A DNA stretch of 62,501 bases, filler included, from Choristocarpus tenellus KU-1152 (taxonomy: Eukaryota; Protista; Phaeophyceae): NCBI GenBank assembly GCA_964200185.2. It is 14 parts of 14 records of this genome, joined end to end, with 100 filler letters (N's around TTAATTAATTAA, not from the genome) between each part and the next. Parts side by side here need not be neighbours in the genome. Positions count along the whole stretch, not along the records: positions 32,640 to 39,384 come from CAXNAD020007449.1; positions 39,485 to 42,407 come from CAXNAD020023628.1; positions 42,508 to 45,626 come from CAXNAD020022188.1; positions 45,727 to 49,126 come from CAXNAD020020287.1; 10 more parts are not named here. The stretch is one strand, 5' to 3'. The translations under genes and the position numbers were made by a program. Under the pieces are notes generated by a model. That model worked only from the letters and a program-made list of their open reading frames with translations, ran no database searches and was not told the DNA's origin. Of this stretch, positions 36,101-49,106 are shown piece after piece (position 1 is the first letter of the stretch; the number at the start of each line of letters is the position of its first letter).

Positions 36101-38949
36101 GACCAAACTGACCCCAAGTGTTTTCTTGGGCTGTACCGTTTTTGGCCTTGTTTTGAGATTGACAAGGATGAAGGAAAGCAAACGAATGTTTTTGCCTTGG
36201 TTTAATGTCCCATCTCCGATACATGCTTTGAAGTACGTACAAATATTTTGTTTAGTATATATTTCAGAGTGTATTTTTGGTTGATATTGTTATGTTGTAT
36301 ATAGTTTATTTTGTGCTGCTGTGCTCCAAGTAATTTATGCACCAGCAGGTATCTTACTTACCTTCTTCTGTCTACACTATATACTCTTTGTTGACAAGGC
36401 GTTTGTGAAGGGTTGGAAGCGGCTTGATGTAGCGCTTGTCTTCCCTTTGGATGTGCGGGATAGCCATGTCCTCGATGCTGCTGCTGCCTCTGCTGAAGGG
36501 CTGCTGGACCTTCCCATCGACATGCTGTTTTGCAATGCTGGCGTTAGCAGCAGAGGGAGCATCCTGGAAACCCCAGGACTGAGTGTAGAAATGAAGGCAA
36601 GCCATCATTTGAGGGGGCATGGGGAGGATGCAACCTCACCGATAATTTTTTTTTTTATCTTCGCTTTTATTAACAGCTGTCTTTTGTACTTGATTTTTAT
36701 GTAGACTCTATAGGTATTTTAACAAGCCAATATTATGAGAATTACCAGATGCTGCTCACAGAAGTTTTCTTATCTTCAAGCTATCCCTCTTCTTTGCAGC
36801 TTCGATCTTTTTCTTGTTTGGTGTTTATTATGATCGAGCTATCCCTTTTTTTTTTGTACTATCACCTTTGTTTTGCTTTCTTCCTCAATAAGTGAGTGTG
36901 TTTCTTATGGCCTTTTTCAGTGCAGATTTTTTTAAAGCCAAAGACTCGCTACTATTTTTTCGCGTTTTGGATATGTATGTATGTAAATTGACATGATTCA
37001 ACTTCAATTAAATTGCTCCCTGTATTTCTGTAGGCTTTCAACTATTTGGCATTATTTGGGTATGATTTTTCACACCTTCTACATACCTTTCTCTAGTACC
37101 CCCCTCCCTCTCCCCTGTCACCCTCTAGTGCACTGACTCCTACAGCAATGATGCATTTTTGTAGGGGATCACCTTTCACTTCAATATGCTACTTAGGTAT
37201 GCTATTCACAACTACCTTGGCACAGTGGTGTCTCTCTCTGCAGCTTTTTGCTTCCTGTGAACTCAAACTTCAAGATAGACGCGAGTTTCTGTTTATATTC
37301 AAACAACTGTCAAGCCGAAGGGCCATATGTTTCAGCAGAAAAGAGCCTAGATATGTTCTGTGTTTATGAATCACTGTCATAACTTCACCTTGTCATGAAC
37401 ACCTTGATCTTTGCAATATACGTTGTGTTGAATAGTGAGTTGTTGTGTTGGGTGGAATTGGAGGACGAGTGGGAAGAACAAAGTGCTTTCATGGATAAGG
37501 GATACTTGCAGGGCAGTAGACCCATTTGTGAAACAACTGTAGTACATATCTTTTTACCAGCTTAATTTGATGATGGATTGATGGTTGGTGAGTATGGTGA
37601 TAAAGAGCTATAGAGAGGTGTTGTGCATCGAGAGAATTGATGAAAATGAGTTAAATGATCTAGAAAAAAATTGGTGAAGCTGATTGTAATCAAAACAAAC
37701 AAGCAGCGAACAAATAGAGGTGCATGGGTTGCTGAGGTCAGTGGGCAATGCAAGCAGCACACATTCTCCTGGAAAGTAACCAATCAAATTGTAGCAATTT
37801 AATTACTGCAATTCACAATACTACTATACAGAGTAGGGGTGGTGCAGGGATTGTTGCAAGGCAAGAGCACCTTGTTAGGTCCATGTCTTCTTGTGTTTAC
37901 TATGAAGTGAGCATGACAACATATATATATATATATGTCAACATTTTTGTTGCCTGCAAAGGAAGATAGCATGTGGGCATTGTGTTTTTGACGGAATGCC
38001 AACACATAGCTCTCAAGGTATGGACACAAAGCTCATCTAGTCCTCTACCATGACATAGCTTCATTCCTTTTGTTGTATGGAGTAGTTGAATAATGGCAAG
38101 TAGTTGGAGTAACCCTCCACTTCCATGGAAGTAATTGTGAACGAGGTGATGGGCGGAAGTTGGTTGGATGCATTGTGTGTAGGGCTGTTGAATATTGCAT
38201 AAAAATAGTCGAATTTGTGTTGCTCTCGATGTTGTGCTATCTACCCCTCAATGATGATATAACTCATAATCACATCTATACAGGAGTACTGCTCTCGCTT
38301 AATTATGGGAAATGTACTTCAAGCTATTTTTTGTCTTAATTAGGGGGCGATTGATCAGCCTTGGATGCAGCTTCCCTGGAACTCTTGTGTCCAAAGTATC
38401 TCTTCAAGTTTTGCCCATTCCTGATGTTTTTGTGTAGAATCTTAAAGAGGATATGTAGATCAAACATGTCAAAATATTTGGAAGTACTACTACCAGTATG
38501 AATGACCTTTGTTTACTCTCACTTGGCCACACATCATTACAAAAGTTATACAACACATTTCAGATGTTTCTAGCTCAGAGCAAGATCTTGGTTTATTATC
38601 AGATGTGTCAAGGTTGTCGAGGATATAGTTCAAGAACTTCACTCCCTTCAGTAAGCTCTAACACCCCCAAGGGATTGAACTCCTGTTGTATCGTGTTCTG
38701 CCACTTGTTGCATGCCCGTTGACACCAAATGTTGTCCCAAGAGATTACACTCAATCTTGTCTGATCGAAAAATATATGTCGCCTTTCAGTCCTAATCACA
38801 TACTTATTGCTCAATTTGTTGTACAGGTCATGGACACAAACCTCTGGGGAGCAGTAGGGCTTGCCAAAGCTGTCCTCCCGAGCATGCTTGATAGAGAGAG
38901 TGGGCACATCGTTGCCATTGCTGGTGCACACTCTCTAGTTGCTCCGAAG
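33164..38949 (+). CDS. Short-chain dehydrogenase/reductase, DHRS7/DHRS7B-like, partial; exons 33164-33238, 35796-35891, 36399-36596, 38827-38949
   Basis: All junctions phase 0: VVWVTGAGSGLGERLA...GAK|VILTGRNLKELERV...IFK|AFV...PLDV...IDMLFCNAGVSSRG...VEMK|VMDTNLWGAVGLAKAVLPSML...GHIVAI. Contains the TGxxxGxG and NAG motifs. The third intron is GC-AG. Confidence 0.88.
33547..35079 (+). mobile_element. DD39D-like (plant/oomycete-type) mariner transposon remnant within an SDR intron
   Basis: TA|ctcctctgtccc ... gggacagagggaa|TA TIRs. Transposase motifs FIDRAWFYL, IPKVMF, FNGKIEIW, VQQDRATP, GWDVELEMQP and SPDLNINDLGFF, with stops and frameshifts. Confidence 0.85.
34905..34952. repeat. (GATTGATA)n microsatellite
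   Basis: Directly visible. Confidence 0.85.
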
Positions 38950-40092
38950 GTGAGTTTGTTGGCTCACAAATCCAGTTCACTGTTGCGCTACCTCCTCCTT
39001 CCGTCGCTCCCACATACCCCTGCTACCTTGTGCGGCTGCTTCCACCATCCCTCCCAAGCACCATTCACTATAGGTCCAGAGGGCGGAGTGATGATGGCGG
39101 TACGGTGTTGATGTGGCTGTCCACTCAACACCGTACCGTATCCTTCATGGAGTTCTGGGTAGGTGGCAAAGTTCAGGGTCTGTCCTCTATCCTAGCCACC
39201 TTCAATCATGGCAGATCTTGGTTTGAAGCACATCCCGTTGGCTCACTCTCGTGGGAAGGTTGTGAGCAGTCCAGTTACTCTCTCATCAATGTGGAATTTG
39301 CTGTTGTCTTGGAGTGAAATACCCAAAGTATCTGGGGGGGTGGGGGGGGTCTACACGAGGGTGTCCATTTGGACCAAAATCGGGNNNNNNNNNNNNNNNN
39401 NNNNNNNNNNNNNNNNNNNNNNNNNNNNTTAATTAATTAANNNNNNNNNNNNNNNNNNNNNNNNNNNNNNNNNNNNNNNNNNNNTGAAAGAAAAACAAAC
39501 AACAGAACAACAGAACAAAATTGAACCAATATGTGATGCAAATCAAGTGACGTATACTATACTATACTATTCGTGTGGAACGCAGAGCGACCGTTCTGTA
39601 CTAAGGTGTTGATTGTAATTGATGTGGCGATGATGAACTAGTGAGAGTAACGTCCAGAACGTAACTGACCGATCAACTGTCAGTGTTGACTGGTGGAACT
39701 ATATCGTATCAAGGAACAAACAGATGAGTAGCCTGTGTTTTAACAGTAAGTAGCAGAACGAGAGAAGGGGAAGAAGACAAAGGCCTAGTTGCTAACCTTG
39801 AGTGAAGCTGCCAAATGGGCTCAAACGAAGAATTGAAGCTGAAGAGGACTGAGGAGGATAAAGAGGGTGAACCGAGGGAGAAGAATCTCATTGTTCCCCC
39901 TGGCACTAAGGATGACATCCCTCGAGTGTTAAGAGGTTGGAAATAATACAAAAGAGAAGGATATGGACGAAGGGGTGGATGGAGGAATTACATGTGCAAA
40001 ATAGGACAATAGTAAGGTGTACCCTATTTTTGTGAATATGAGCTTATTATGACATTGGATTGAGTCCATGGGGTTCAGTTTTGGAGTTTATT

Positions 40093-41940
40093 CTACTCTG
40101 ATTTAGTCGTAGACTTACGTCTGAGGTACAAAATATAATAAAAACAGGCAATAAGAAGGAAGACACCCCACAAGATCACTCTTCTTTTCAACCATGCGAT
40201 CGTATTCAGTAATGGGGAATCGTGTGAAGCTCCCATCTCTCTCTCTTCTTCCATACTGAGACAAATAAAAAAAAGTCTAAATATGCACATGACAGTCCGT
40301 GTAGAGATCTAAATACATCTGAGGCTCCATGACCAAAAAACAATTCAATTCTTCAGTGATCCCAAGCATCAATGAACAACATGGCCTTCGAAGGTCAGCC
40401 CAACTCCGTAACACACAGGGGTAGTATGATTAGTGTCTGCTACGAGGACAAACTATCTGTGCCCTCTTTGCTTTTCATGCCTTCTACCCGAAATACTTCA
40501 AAATGCTTCACGGCTATTCCGACAGTAAATGCTCTATTTCTGGAGTTCTGTGTCACTCCCAACAGCACTATCTCTACTGACACAAGCCTCAACACACTAC
40601 GCTCTGTGCCAGTTTATCGCATGCTTCTTCATGTGGAACCCTTTTTAAGTGTCTCTGTTTTTCCAAGCTTTGTGTCATTTCCACCCCAGTAAAAAAAAAA
40701 TCAGTACTACCCATCATGGAAATTAAATCTTCAGTACATACCATCAGATGCCCGTTGCCCTAAGCTTTCACCTCGTATTTATATATATATATATAATCCG
40801 ATTCGAACAGGAACAACAAAAGCTGCGGCTATTTTAATACGAACCGTTTCTTCCCAAAAAGTAATTGAGGCATAATACTGCGACATCTAAACCAAGGAAA
40901 ACACGTGAGTATGACCTACTACAATAGATATATATAGCACGCACAGCATGCATAGCACTGCTGGGAAAGCAGTCTAGGGTGCTTAGGGATAACCCTCATC
41001 CTCAGCCCTAACCATCAGTATCTACCTGTACCGACTGAGGGGTCTACATGGTCACAGCCCTAAACCGCAGGGTATGATTTATATATGCATAAATCTTCAT
41101 AAACCATTGTAGATGCATCCGTTCGTTGATTACATGAAATTTGCGATCAAAGGCAATTTCAATTTCAATTTCAATATCGGTTCAAGATGAACCTCCTCTG
41201 CCAAACTGAGAGGACCGAATGCCAAGAAACTATTCATAGTACCAACCAGCACAATTTTGCTCTCAAAACCGATGAGCATCCCAGTGTAGATCTCCAGAGC
41301 AAATAAGTCATGCGGAGCACAACTAAATGTGACCTGTATCCAATTGAAATTACCGAGCAGTGTAATGGGGGCAAACCTGCAAACACTATTGCGTGCATGA
41401 GTGCTGTATCTAACCATGATGCGATCAGACCTATTTGTACAGAAAATACACAAACAAAATACCCAATGCGGTCTTCTAGACTTACCACTTCACCACTCTT
41501 GCTTGCACTGAAAATGTACATGCCATTTCAAGACAAGATGCAATACCATTCCAGGGCTGTGTTGGAAGCAGAGCTCTACCCCACTGCTGCTTTGCACTCT
41601 CTGCCCATAGGGTTTTGGTCACAAGACCAGCTCTTCAAGTAGAACTCTACATGTACATGGGTCAGTCATGGGGGGCAGGGGGCGGGTGCCAAAGTAGAAC
41701 TGGAGAGGCAGTTGAGTTCAAAGTAGGAAAAAGGCTGCACGGCAACACTCACTAATTAAATAGTACTGGTGCAAACAGTGTCGTGGAGAGGTGTCGGAGC
41801 ACCTACCACAGATCCCCTAATCCTAACCCTAACCCCCCAAAATAGGAACGGGATTGAATCATCCTGACAAAGCTCATCATCCCCCTACTGAACACGATGG
41901 AGTACAACAGGTCTGTGTGCATGGGCAAACGAATTCTTAC
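40093..41940 (-). CDS. Possible multi-exon gene fragment, unknown product with a Cys-rich segment and C-terminal hydrophobic anchor
   Basis: Candidate exons with AG/GT edges read EFVCPCTQTCCTPSCSVGDDELCQDDSIPFLFW, EFYLKSWSCDQNPMGRECK and VTFSCAPHDLFALE..., with a terminal exon ...VILWGVFLLIACFYYILYLRRKSTTKSE*. Phases not fully reconciled and no family recognised. Confidence 0.3.
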
Positions 41941-42962
41941 ACACAACAACACTAACACACAACGGCTGTTGAGCATATAAACAACAAGAAGGGCAGCATG
42001 AAAAGCACTAGTACAATTCCCTCTGTCCCTTCACCGCAGGTATGATGCCAGCCCTGCTCCACGTCCATAACTCCCTTCTCCACCCCCCACCCATCCCCAC
42101 AACACACTATCATCCCTACCAACCTTCCCCCTTCCCCCCTGGCGTACTGCCCTACCACTCTGTAGGGAAGAAAGATGGCTCCTTCTCCTCCCTTCTCCCT
42201 GTCCACTTAGCGAATCTTGCCCCTCCATCTCTGTCCCCATACATACACCATCTTCACCACTACCCTGTCCTTGGACATACACCTGCTGAGCTTGGGCATT
42301 CACTGCTCCCCTCCTAGGGGCCACACCACCCAAGTAAGTATCAACACTGTTGTTGTGCCTGTTAAACCAACCGCTATCGTTCAATCCGTTATCTACACGA
42401 GGGGAGCNNNNNNNNNNNNNNNNNNNNNNNNNNNNNNNNNNNNNNNNNNNNTTAATTAATTAANNNNNNNNNNNNNNNNNNNNNNNNNNNNNNNNNNNNN
42501 NNNNNNNCCCCCAGATACTTTGTGTCTAGCAGGTTCGGGGACACACCTCACAGGGCAACATGCTACTCATAGTACTCTGTAAGCTTAACGTATTCTTTGG
42601 CCACCCCGTACGTTTGTTCCTCTAGCTGCATCTCCTTTTACCATAGTTAAGCCCAATTGAAGTCCGTACGGTGAACAGTCAGTCATGGTGATAGGACCAA
42701 CTTCCTAGGTTTCCTCTTGTTTGTACTTTCGATGACAGCATTAATGTTTCCCTCCTAACTTGAAGGGAAAGTACTGTTTTCATTGAGTGGAGACAGTGAA
42801 GTACTACTCATACATGCATAGGTCAATGCTCTCAAATGGCAGGCTTACAGTTGCAGCAGTGGCACACTCAGTAGTGTCATGTGATTGTACTTTTTACGCA
42901 AGGTATTCAATCAATACGATCTCTTCACAACTTTAGGATACTGAGCCAGAGTTATAAGATCT

Positions 42963-43215
42963 GAGTCACAGCATTTAAGAGGGTAGGGCCACATCAGTTG
43001 GAGACCCAAATCCCAATGTTGCGATTTGGAAGAAGTTTGGCTATTGTGTTTGTTAGCAAGGATCAATATCCTTTCTCTAAAGAAACCTTTCATATATCTT
43101 AGTCGTACAAATTTTAGCTACTCTGAAATGCTTCAAAGGCGAAAAAGGGCATGAAAAAACCGTTGCAAGCCAAGCCCCAAACAAAAAAATCCTACCCCTT
43201 TACATGCTTTGGGTC
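42963..43215. mobile_element. MITE family A, diverged copy
   Basis: gagtcacagcatttaagagggtag...ctacccctttacatgctttgggtc; interior co-linear with 20936-21195. Confidence 0.7.
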
Positions 43216-45557
43216 TCTCTTAAAACAGATATTACCAACAGCACTGTCCCTTCTAAACCACGTGAGTACATCTGAGTTGAACGCACACGTTACCGATTGT
43301 CTTGTTCAGGAGTGCTTGGGCTAAAGATTTGATGTTTCCAAGTCGACTGAGCCAAAAGCATGGTGTGCATTGATACACTCTTCCCCTTCTCTTACTCATT
43401 TCTCTCTTTTGCGTTCTTGTAGGATATGAGCCTCAGCCAAGAGTTATGTGACTCCTTCCATTGAAGAGTAATCCAATCTATATACTATGTAGTAGTAAAC
43501 ACTCGGTAGTAGTACTAAGTTGTTCCAATAAGTAGCAATAGGAGTAGCAGCAGCAGTAGCACCGTCATCAACGCATTTTGCCGTGACTAGCTACTTCGAA
43601 GTGTGTTTGTATTGCATAGGTTTTATGCGTATGTATGTACTACCTACTATGTCTACCTATCACGTCACACATATGTCTCAGACATCACTCATACTACTTT
43701 GGACCATTGTCTCTAGATGCACTCACAAGATATACATAAATAGTCGGTTACTATTTTGTTAAGTGTTTGAATTCTTGCCTCCCGTTTCTATAGTAGAATA
43801 ACGTACCATTTTGTTGTTGTTGCCATCATTGTTCTTGCTGTGGTAGTAGTAGTTACATGTAGGGTTGCACAAATTGGTGTATTCATCTAACTTTTGTTAT
43901 AGTGGTGATGATGATGGCAGTGATGTTGGCAATGGTTGTTCATAGGCATAATTATATCGTGATATTGATCGATTATTGCTATTTTTTCATCACTACAATC
44001 AATGTTGACACTAGTCCTACTACTGGTAATAATAAGTGATATCACGGACCGTGTGGAGGAAGAGGGAGTAGAGATAACCACACAGAAAGGAGTGCACACT
44101 CATGGCACCTTGCTAGGTGAAGTCGTGTTTGGTCAGACTCCTTGTCAGGAAGAAGTTCCACTATCAACAGAAAACAATATACTTTACAGATTTCATAAAA
44201 TAAAAATGTCTTACTTTGGGTACAATAATTTCTTTGGTTCTTCTGATTTTCTCATCCTACGAAAACAAATGCTACAAAAATATTGAATAGCATGCGTAGC
44301 ACCAATCGAAAGCCGATATTATTCCCTCTCCAACGCACACCTGGCGTTCTTATACTCAATGAGAGTGTATAGGTAGTTCTTGAGGTGTCTGAGGCGCATA
44401 AATGCCCTGGTTTTCAAAGTTAATTTGGGGCTGCATGTGTCCTCATTAGTCCTGTTTCAGTTACATTGCGGACTTTCAAAAAGCCTCTCAGGAGCTTGTT
44501 TTTGAAGCACTAGTGACATAGGATATCACCTTTGTAAAGTTGAGCTGGAATATATGGGCAAGGAGTACCAGTCTCTGACTCGAGGACACTCACAACCTCA
44601 ATAAAGTTTGCCATGATACTTGGGACAGCCCAAATATCTATCCTCCACATCAGAAGAGCAAAATGCAATATGGAAAAGTAATTGAAAACACTTTCGCTGC
44701 AACTCTTACAGCTGAGAACATGCTGTAAAAGGTTGAGAAGTACTCAAGGAGGATGCATATTCTTGAGGATACCGAAGATATGTTTGATAGGCGCCCCAAT
44801 ATACGAAGCTAAACTTCAAGGTGATACATGTCGCAGAGAAATTCAAAGAGAACCTTTGTAATAGGGAGGTGAATGGCAGGGTGTTGACTACAGGACTAGT
44901 GAGTATAGCAAAGCAGAGGAAACTCATGCTTGCAATAATGCCAATACTTGGCAATGGTTCAGCTAGAGTCAACATACCTAAGATACAACATGGCATATTG
45001 TCATTGGCCCACAGCTACTCCTACTAATATAACCAGACTTGAGGGGAGAGAGTACTCCTTCCAGGCCAGGAGGAAGGCGAAGGTAGGAAAGAAGTCCCGA
45101 ATAGGTGTCAAGGCTTGTCTAGTGATCTTGGTCGAAAAAACTTGACTGGTGGTTAGTGCTTGAGGCTTCCAGAGTATCACTGCGTGCTGAACCCGATCGA
45201 ATTGGCGTGGGGGTGCTCTAAGTGAGAGGGGTTTATGCCAAAATCTTGCACTCACTATATGGGAGTGTGCTACGGAGATACGGAGGTGAGGATGGCCTGG
45301 AGATAGAAGAGGAAAAAAGAAATGCTAGGAGGATGCACACACAGTGCACAATGACAGGAATTGGTTTGTTGGTGGGGAGGATGAGAAAGAGGACAAGCAA
45401 TTCAAGTTCCACAGGTGACCACCTTACTTGGGTCCAGTTCATGAATGCGAATCATAGAGATGGCAACACGCAGTTTTATTCTTTTGATGAGCAAGTGCAA
45501 GGTTTTGATACAATTTTTTTGCCTTGGTACAAGGCGCCTTGCCCACAGTACGATTGT

Positions 45558-45626
45558 GGCTCAAAGTATCTGGGAGGGGGTGGCGGCTGTCCATTTGAGG
45601 TCAACTTTTTCATGTTGTGATTTTTG
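45558..45626. mobile_element. MITE family B terminus at contig end
   Basis: Near-identical to 27072-27140. Confidence 0.85.
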
Positions 45627-45726
45627 NNNNNNNNNNNNNNNNNNNNNNNNNNNNNNNNNNNNNNNNNNNNTTAATTAATTAANNNNNNNNNNNNNNNNNN
45701 NNNNNNNNNNNNNNNNNNNNNNNNNN

Positions 45727-45954
45727 GCCTTGTTTGTCCATTTGGGGCTTGGCATCCTATGGGGTTTTTATTGACATTTTTCTACTCCAAAGTGTTTCGA
45801 AGTAGGTAAAATGTATACGTTATGAGAAGGTGTGTCTGGAACAAGGATATTGACACTTTCTAACAGACACAATGGCCAAAATTGCATCAAAATCGCAACA
45901 TTGGATTTTGGTCCCCAAATGGACGTGGCCCTACCCTCTAAGATACTTTGGCTC
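45727..45954. mobile_element. MITE family A (left end lost at contig start) abutting Copia internal sequence
   Basis: Ends ctaccctctaagatactttggctc; internal ctactccaaagtgtttcgaagtag hairpin. Confidence 0.85.
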
Positions 45955-48579
45955 TTGCACGTGCATCAGACCAAGCAATAGCGCGGCGCCAACGCGAAGT
46001 TCCACACGTATGCGAAGCAGAGGATCCTCGTCGGACACGACAGGGCATCATTGTGCTGGCACGCGTGGATCCCGCAGGAAGGTAAGCTGGTGACCTCCGC
46101 ACAAGTGAAGTTCCAACCTGAAGCCAAACTGCTGGAATTGGTGGGGGAGCCAGAGCTGGACATACTGGGGAAGTTGGAGCACGACAATGACATGAACATC
46201 GATGGCAAAGGCGAAGAGGATGCTTCCACAACAGAGAGCGAGGCACACACGACTAGGCATGCAGCTGGAAACATTGGGCGTAGGACTCAAGATGCAAAGC
46301 GCTCAGTACCCAACCAAAGTCAAGAGATTTCTCCCAGGATGGGGCAATGCCAGCGCATGGATAGGGCAGCACAGATAGCGGCCTAGCGCCTGGTCCCACA
46401 CTCTGGACAGTGGGCATCTTCCCGGCTGGAGCAGCACCAGCGGGTGGACTACACATCCCAGTTGTACAACCTGGAAGAGGATGAGGAAGTGGACATGAAC
46501 CTCTTCGGGTCAACCCTCATACAGCAGAACAACAACGACGTGTACTGCCTTATGGGTCTCATGGCGGAAGTAGTAACAGGTGCAGACGAGCCGTCTACAA
46601 CAAAGGAGGCCTTGAGTAGGCCGGATGCAGAGCAGTGGCAGGAGGCCATGGAGAAAGAAATGGCAGGGCTATGGCAGAAGGGGACGTTTGGTGACAAGGC
46701 TCTGCCCCAAGGGAGGAAGGCAATGAAGAGGCTATTCGTCTTCAAAATCAAGCGCTCCGCAGACGGGATGGTGGAACGCTGTAAGGCGTGACTCGTGGCC
46801 TGCGGCTTCACACGAAACGCAGGCGTGGACTTCTTCGAAACCTTCAGCCCGGTGGTGGGGTACAACACACTACATTGCGTCATATCCGTCGCAGCGTATA
46901 GAGGTTGGAGTATCGATGCCCTGGACTTCACACAGGCCTACCTCAACGCAGACCTGCACGAGGACATCTGGTTGGAGCTTCCGGACGGCACCACCGTCAA
47001 GGCAGAGAAGACAATCTAGGGGTTGAAGCAGTCAGCCATGGAATGGTATCACGAGCTATGCGGCACCATCCTGGGAGAAGGGTGGAAGAGCAGCCAACAC
47101 GACGAGTGCCTCTACTTCAGAAAGAGTGAAGATGGACGCATCACCATTCTCACCACCTACATGGACGACACTGCAACCACCAGGGACTTCACGGAGGATA
47201 AGGGCATCGCTGCTGGAGAAGTACGAGGGGCGGGATCTTGGCACGCCGGACAAGCTGATTGGGGTGGGCGTCACTGTGGATGCGGACGGCATCACCCTGG
47301 ACCAACAGCTATATGCGGAAAGCATTGTCATAGCCGGGATGGGCTCCATGGAAGTACAGGAAACATCCACACCACTCAACCCCGGCATGGACCTCTCTAC
47401 CAGGCGCGACAACGAGGAGAAACTGAGTCCCACCATCTACCCCTATGCCAGCATGCTCGGCCAACTCATGTTTCTAGCAGGCATGACTCGCTCGGACCTG
47501 GCCAACAGCGTTCGTGAACTGGGGCACAAGGCGGTGTCTCCATGCATGCGCCACTGGCGCGGACTGCAACACATTCTGCGCTACATAGCTGGGATACTGG
47601 ACGTCTGCATTCACTATGGTCGGGGGACTAAAAATATAAATGGAGGGGACGGAGAGCTCTTGGTGGGGTATGGGAATTCCGACTGGGGCACCGACTCCCA
47701 AACACGCAGGAGTGTCACAGGTTACCTACTATTGTTCAATGGATCGCCCATCGCCTGGCACTCCAAGCTTCAAGGCGCCGTCACCCTCTCCAGCTCAGAT
47801 GCAGAGTGGACGGCAATGGCATACGGCATGCGCCACTGCATTTTCCTTCGAGGCATTCTGGGGGAGATCGACATACTACAGGACCAGACCCCCTGGTTCT
47901 GTGGCAACTGTGGTGCTATTCAGGCGGGAATAATCACAGGTTTCAACGGGAGAACCAAGCACGTGGACATGAAGCTGAAGTGCACCAGAGAATACGTGGA
48001 CCAGGATCTATTCCACGTAGAAAACGTTCCAACATCAAAACAACTGGCCGACATTTCGACCAAGTCTTTGCGCAAGAGCCTTACTTCTGATATTGTCCAT
48101 TCCGTGCTTTCGCGTTGGGGGTGAGTTTTTTTCGGCAACTTTGCTGCACGCTCATGGGGGAGTGTGCAATTTTAGCTGGTAGTCTATAGGTTTCTTATGT
48201 GTTTGGTGCAATATAGGCTGGTAGTCTATAGGTTTCATATGTGTTTGGTAACCAGCATTGTATATCAGAAGTGTTGACTAAGTGGCTTAGTTGTCAATGA
48301 ACTTCTTCATTATGCCCAAAGCCATAAGTTCTAATTTGTACAGGTTGGTGTTTTATTACTTGATGGCTGACGCCGGACTCGTGACGACGAACGTAGTACT
48401 AGTGACGCAGAACGAGTGACGTAGTGCGACTGACACAGAGACGTTCTGACGTGTCTGCTGACGTGCGCAATAGATAACGAGGCAGAGCACCCCCCACCTC
48501 GAGGGATGGTGCTCACTCTGCTAATTAATTCTTTCATACCACATAAAGCACAAACTCTATTCGAACAGCTCTTTTTGCA
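45955..48579 (+). mobile_element. Ty1/Copia retrotransposon 3' half: post-integrase region, RT, RNase H, PPT and 3' LTR (48163-48579); inactivated
   Basis: EPSTTKEAL...WQEAMEKEM, FVFKIKRSADGMVER, GVDFFETFSPV, LDFTQAYLNA, LKQSAMEWY, YMDD, SDWG...RRSVTGY...SPIAWHSKLQ, KHVDMK. Internal stops and frameshifts. PPT atggggga-g, then TG...CA LTR. Confidence 0.95.
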
Positions 48580-48658
48580 ACCAAATCATCCAAAAATTGT
48601 GACATGAAAAAGTTGCCCCCAAATGGACAGCCGCCACCGCCCCCAGATACTTTGAGCC
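48580..48658. mobile_element. Right arm of a family B MITE directly abutting the Copia LTR
   Basis: accaaatcatccaaaaattgtgacatgaaaaagttgcc...cccagatactttgagcc matches the reverse complement of 49045-49106. Confidence 0.8.
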
Positions 48659-49044
48659 ATGAGAAGAAAATACTGTTCAGAATACAACAACGAAAAACAA
48701 CGACAAAATAAAGAAAACAAAAGTATAGAAGAGAGAGAGAGGTATTGATGTACGATCTGCGAGGGTAGTGAATAGAACATAGGTGTGGTGCACTAACAAC
48801 TCAATTCATGTAACGCAGAAGAAAGAAGAGGATATAACGTGGAAGCAGCTTTCAAACAGTGGTGGTGGTGGTTGCTTGAACAGCCTTTGAGCTGCTGCTT
48901 TGGCAATGACAGAAGCCACCCTTCTTGTTGGAGAGTACCTCGACGGTGCCTTCACCAGGGGTTCAAATTTGTCATCATCCGAGAAACATGTGGCGAGGTT
49001 GTGCCATGTCTTCTGATAGACTTTCCTTTGCCCACCTCTTACTG

Positions 49045-49106
49045 GGCTCAAAGTATCTGGGAGGGGGTGACAGCTGTCCATTTGGGGTCAAATTTTTCAT
49101 GTCGCG
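49045..49106. mobile_element. MITE family B terminus at contig end (further termini at about 39320, 42508, 49290, 52533, 55327, 57540)
   Basis: ggctcaaagtatctgggagggggtgacagctgtccatttggggtc. Confidence 0.8.
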
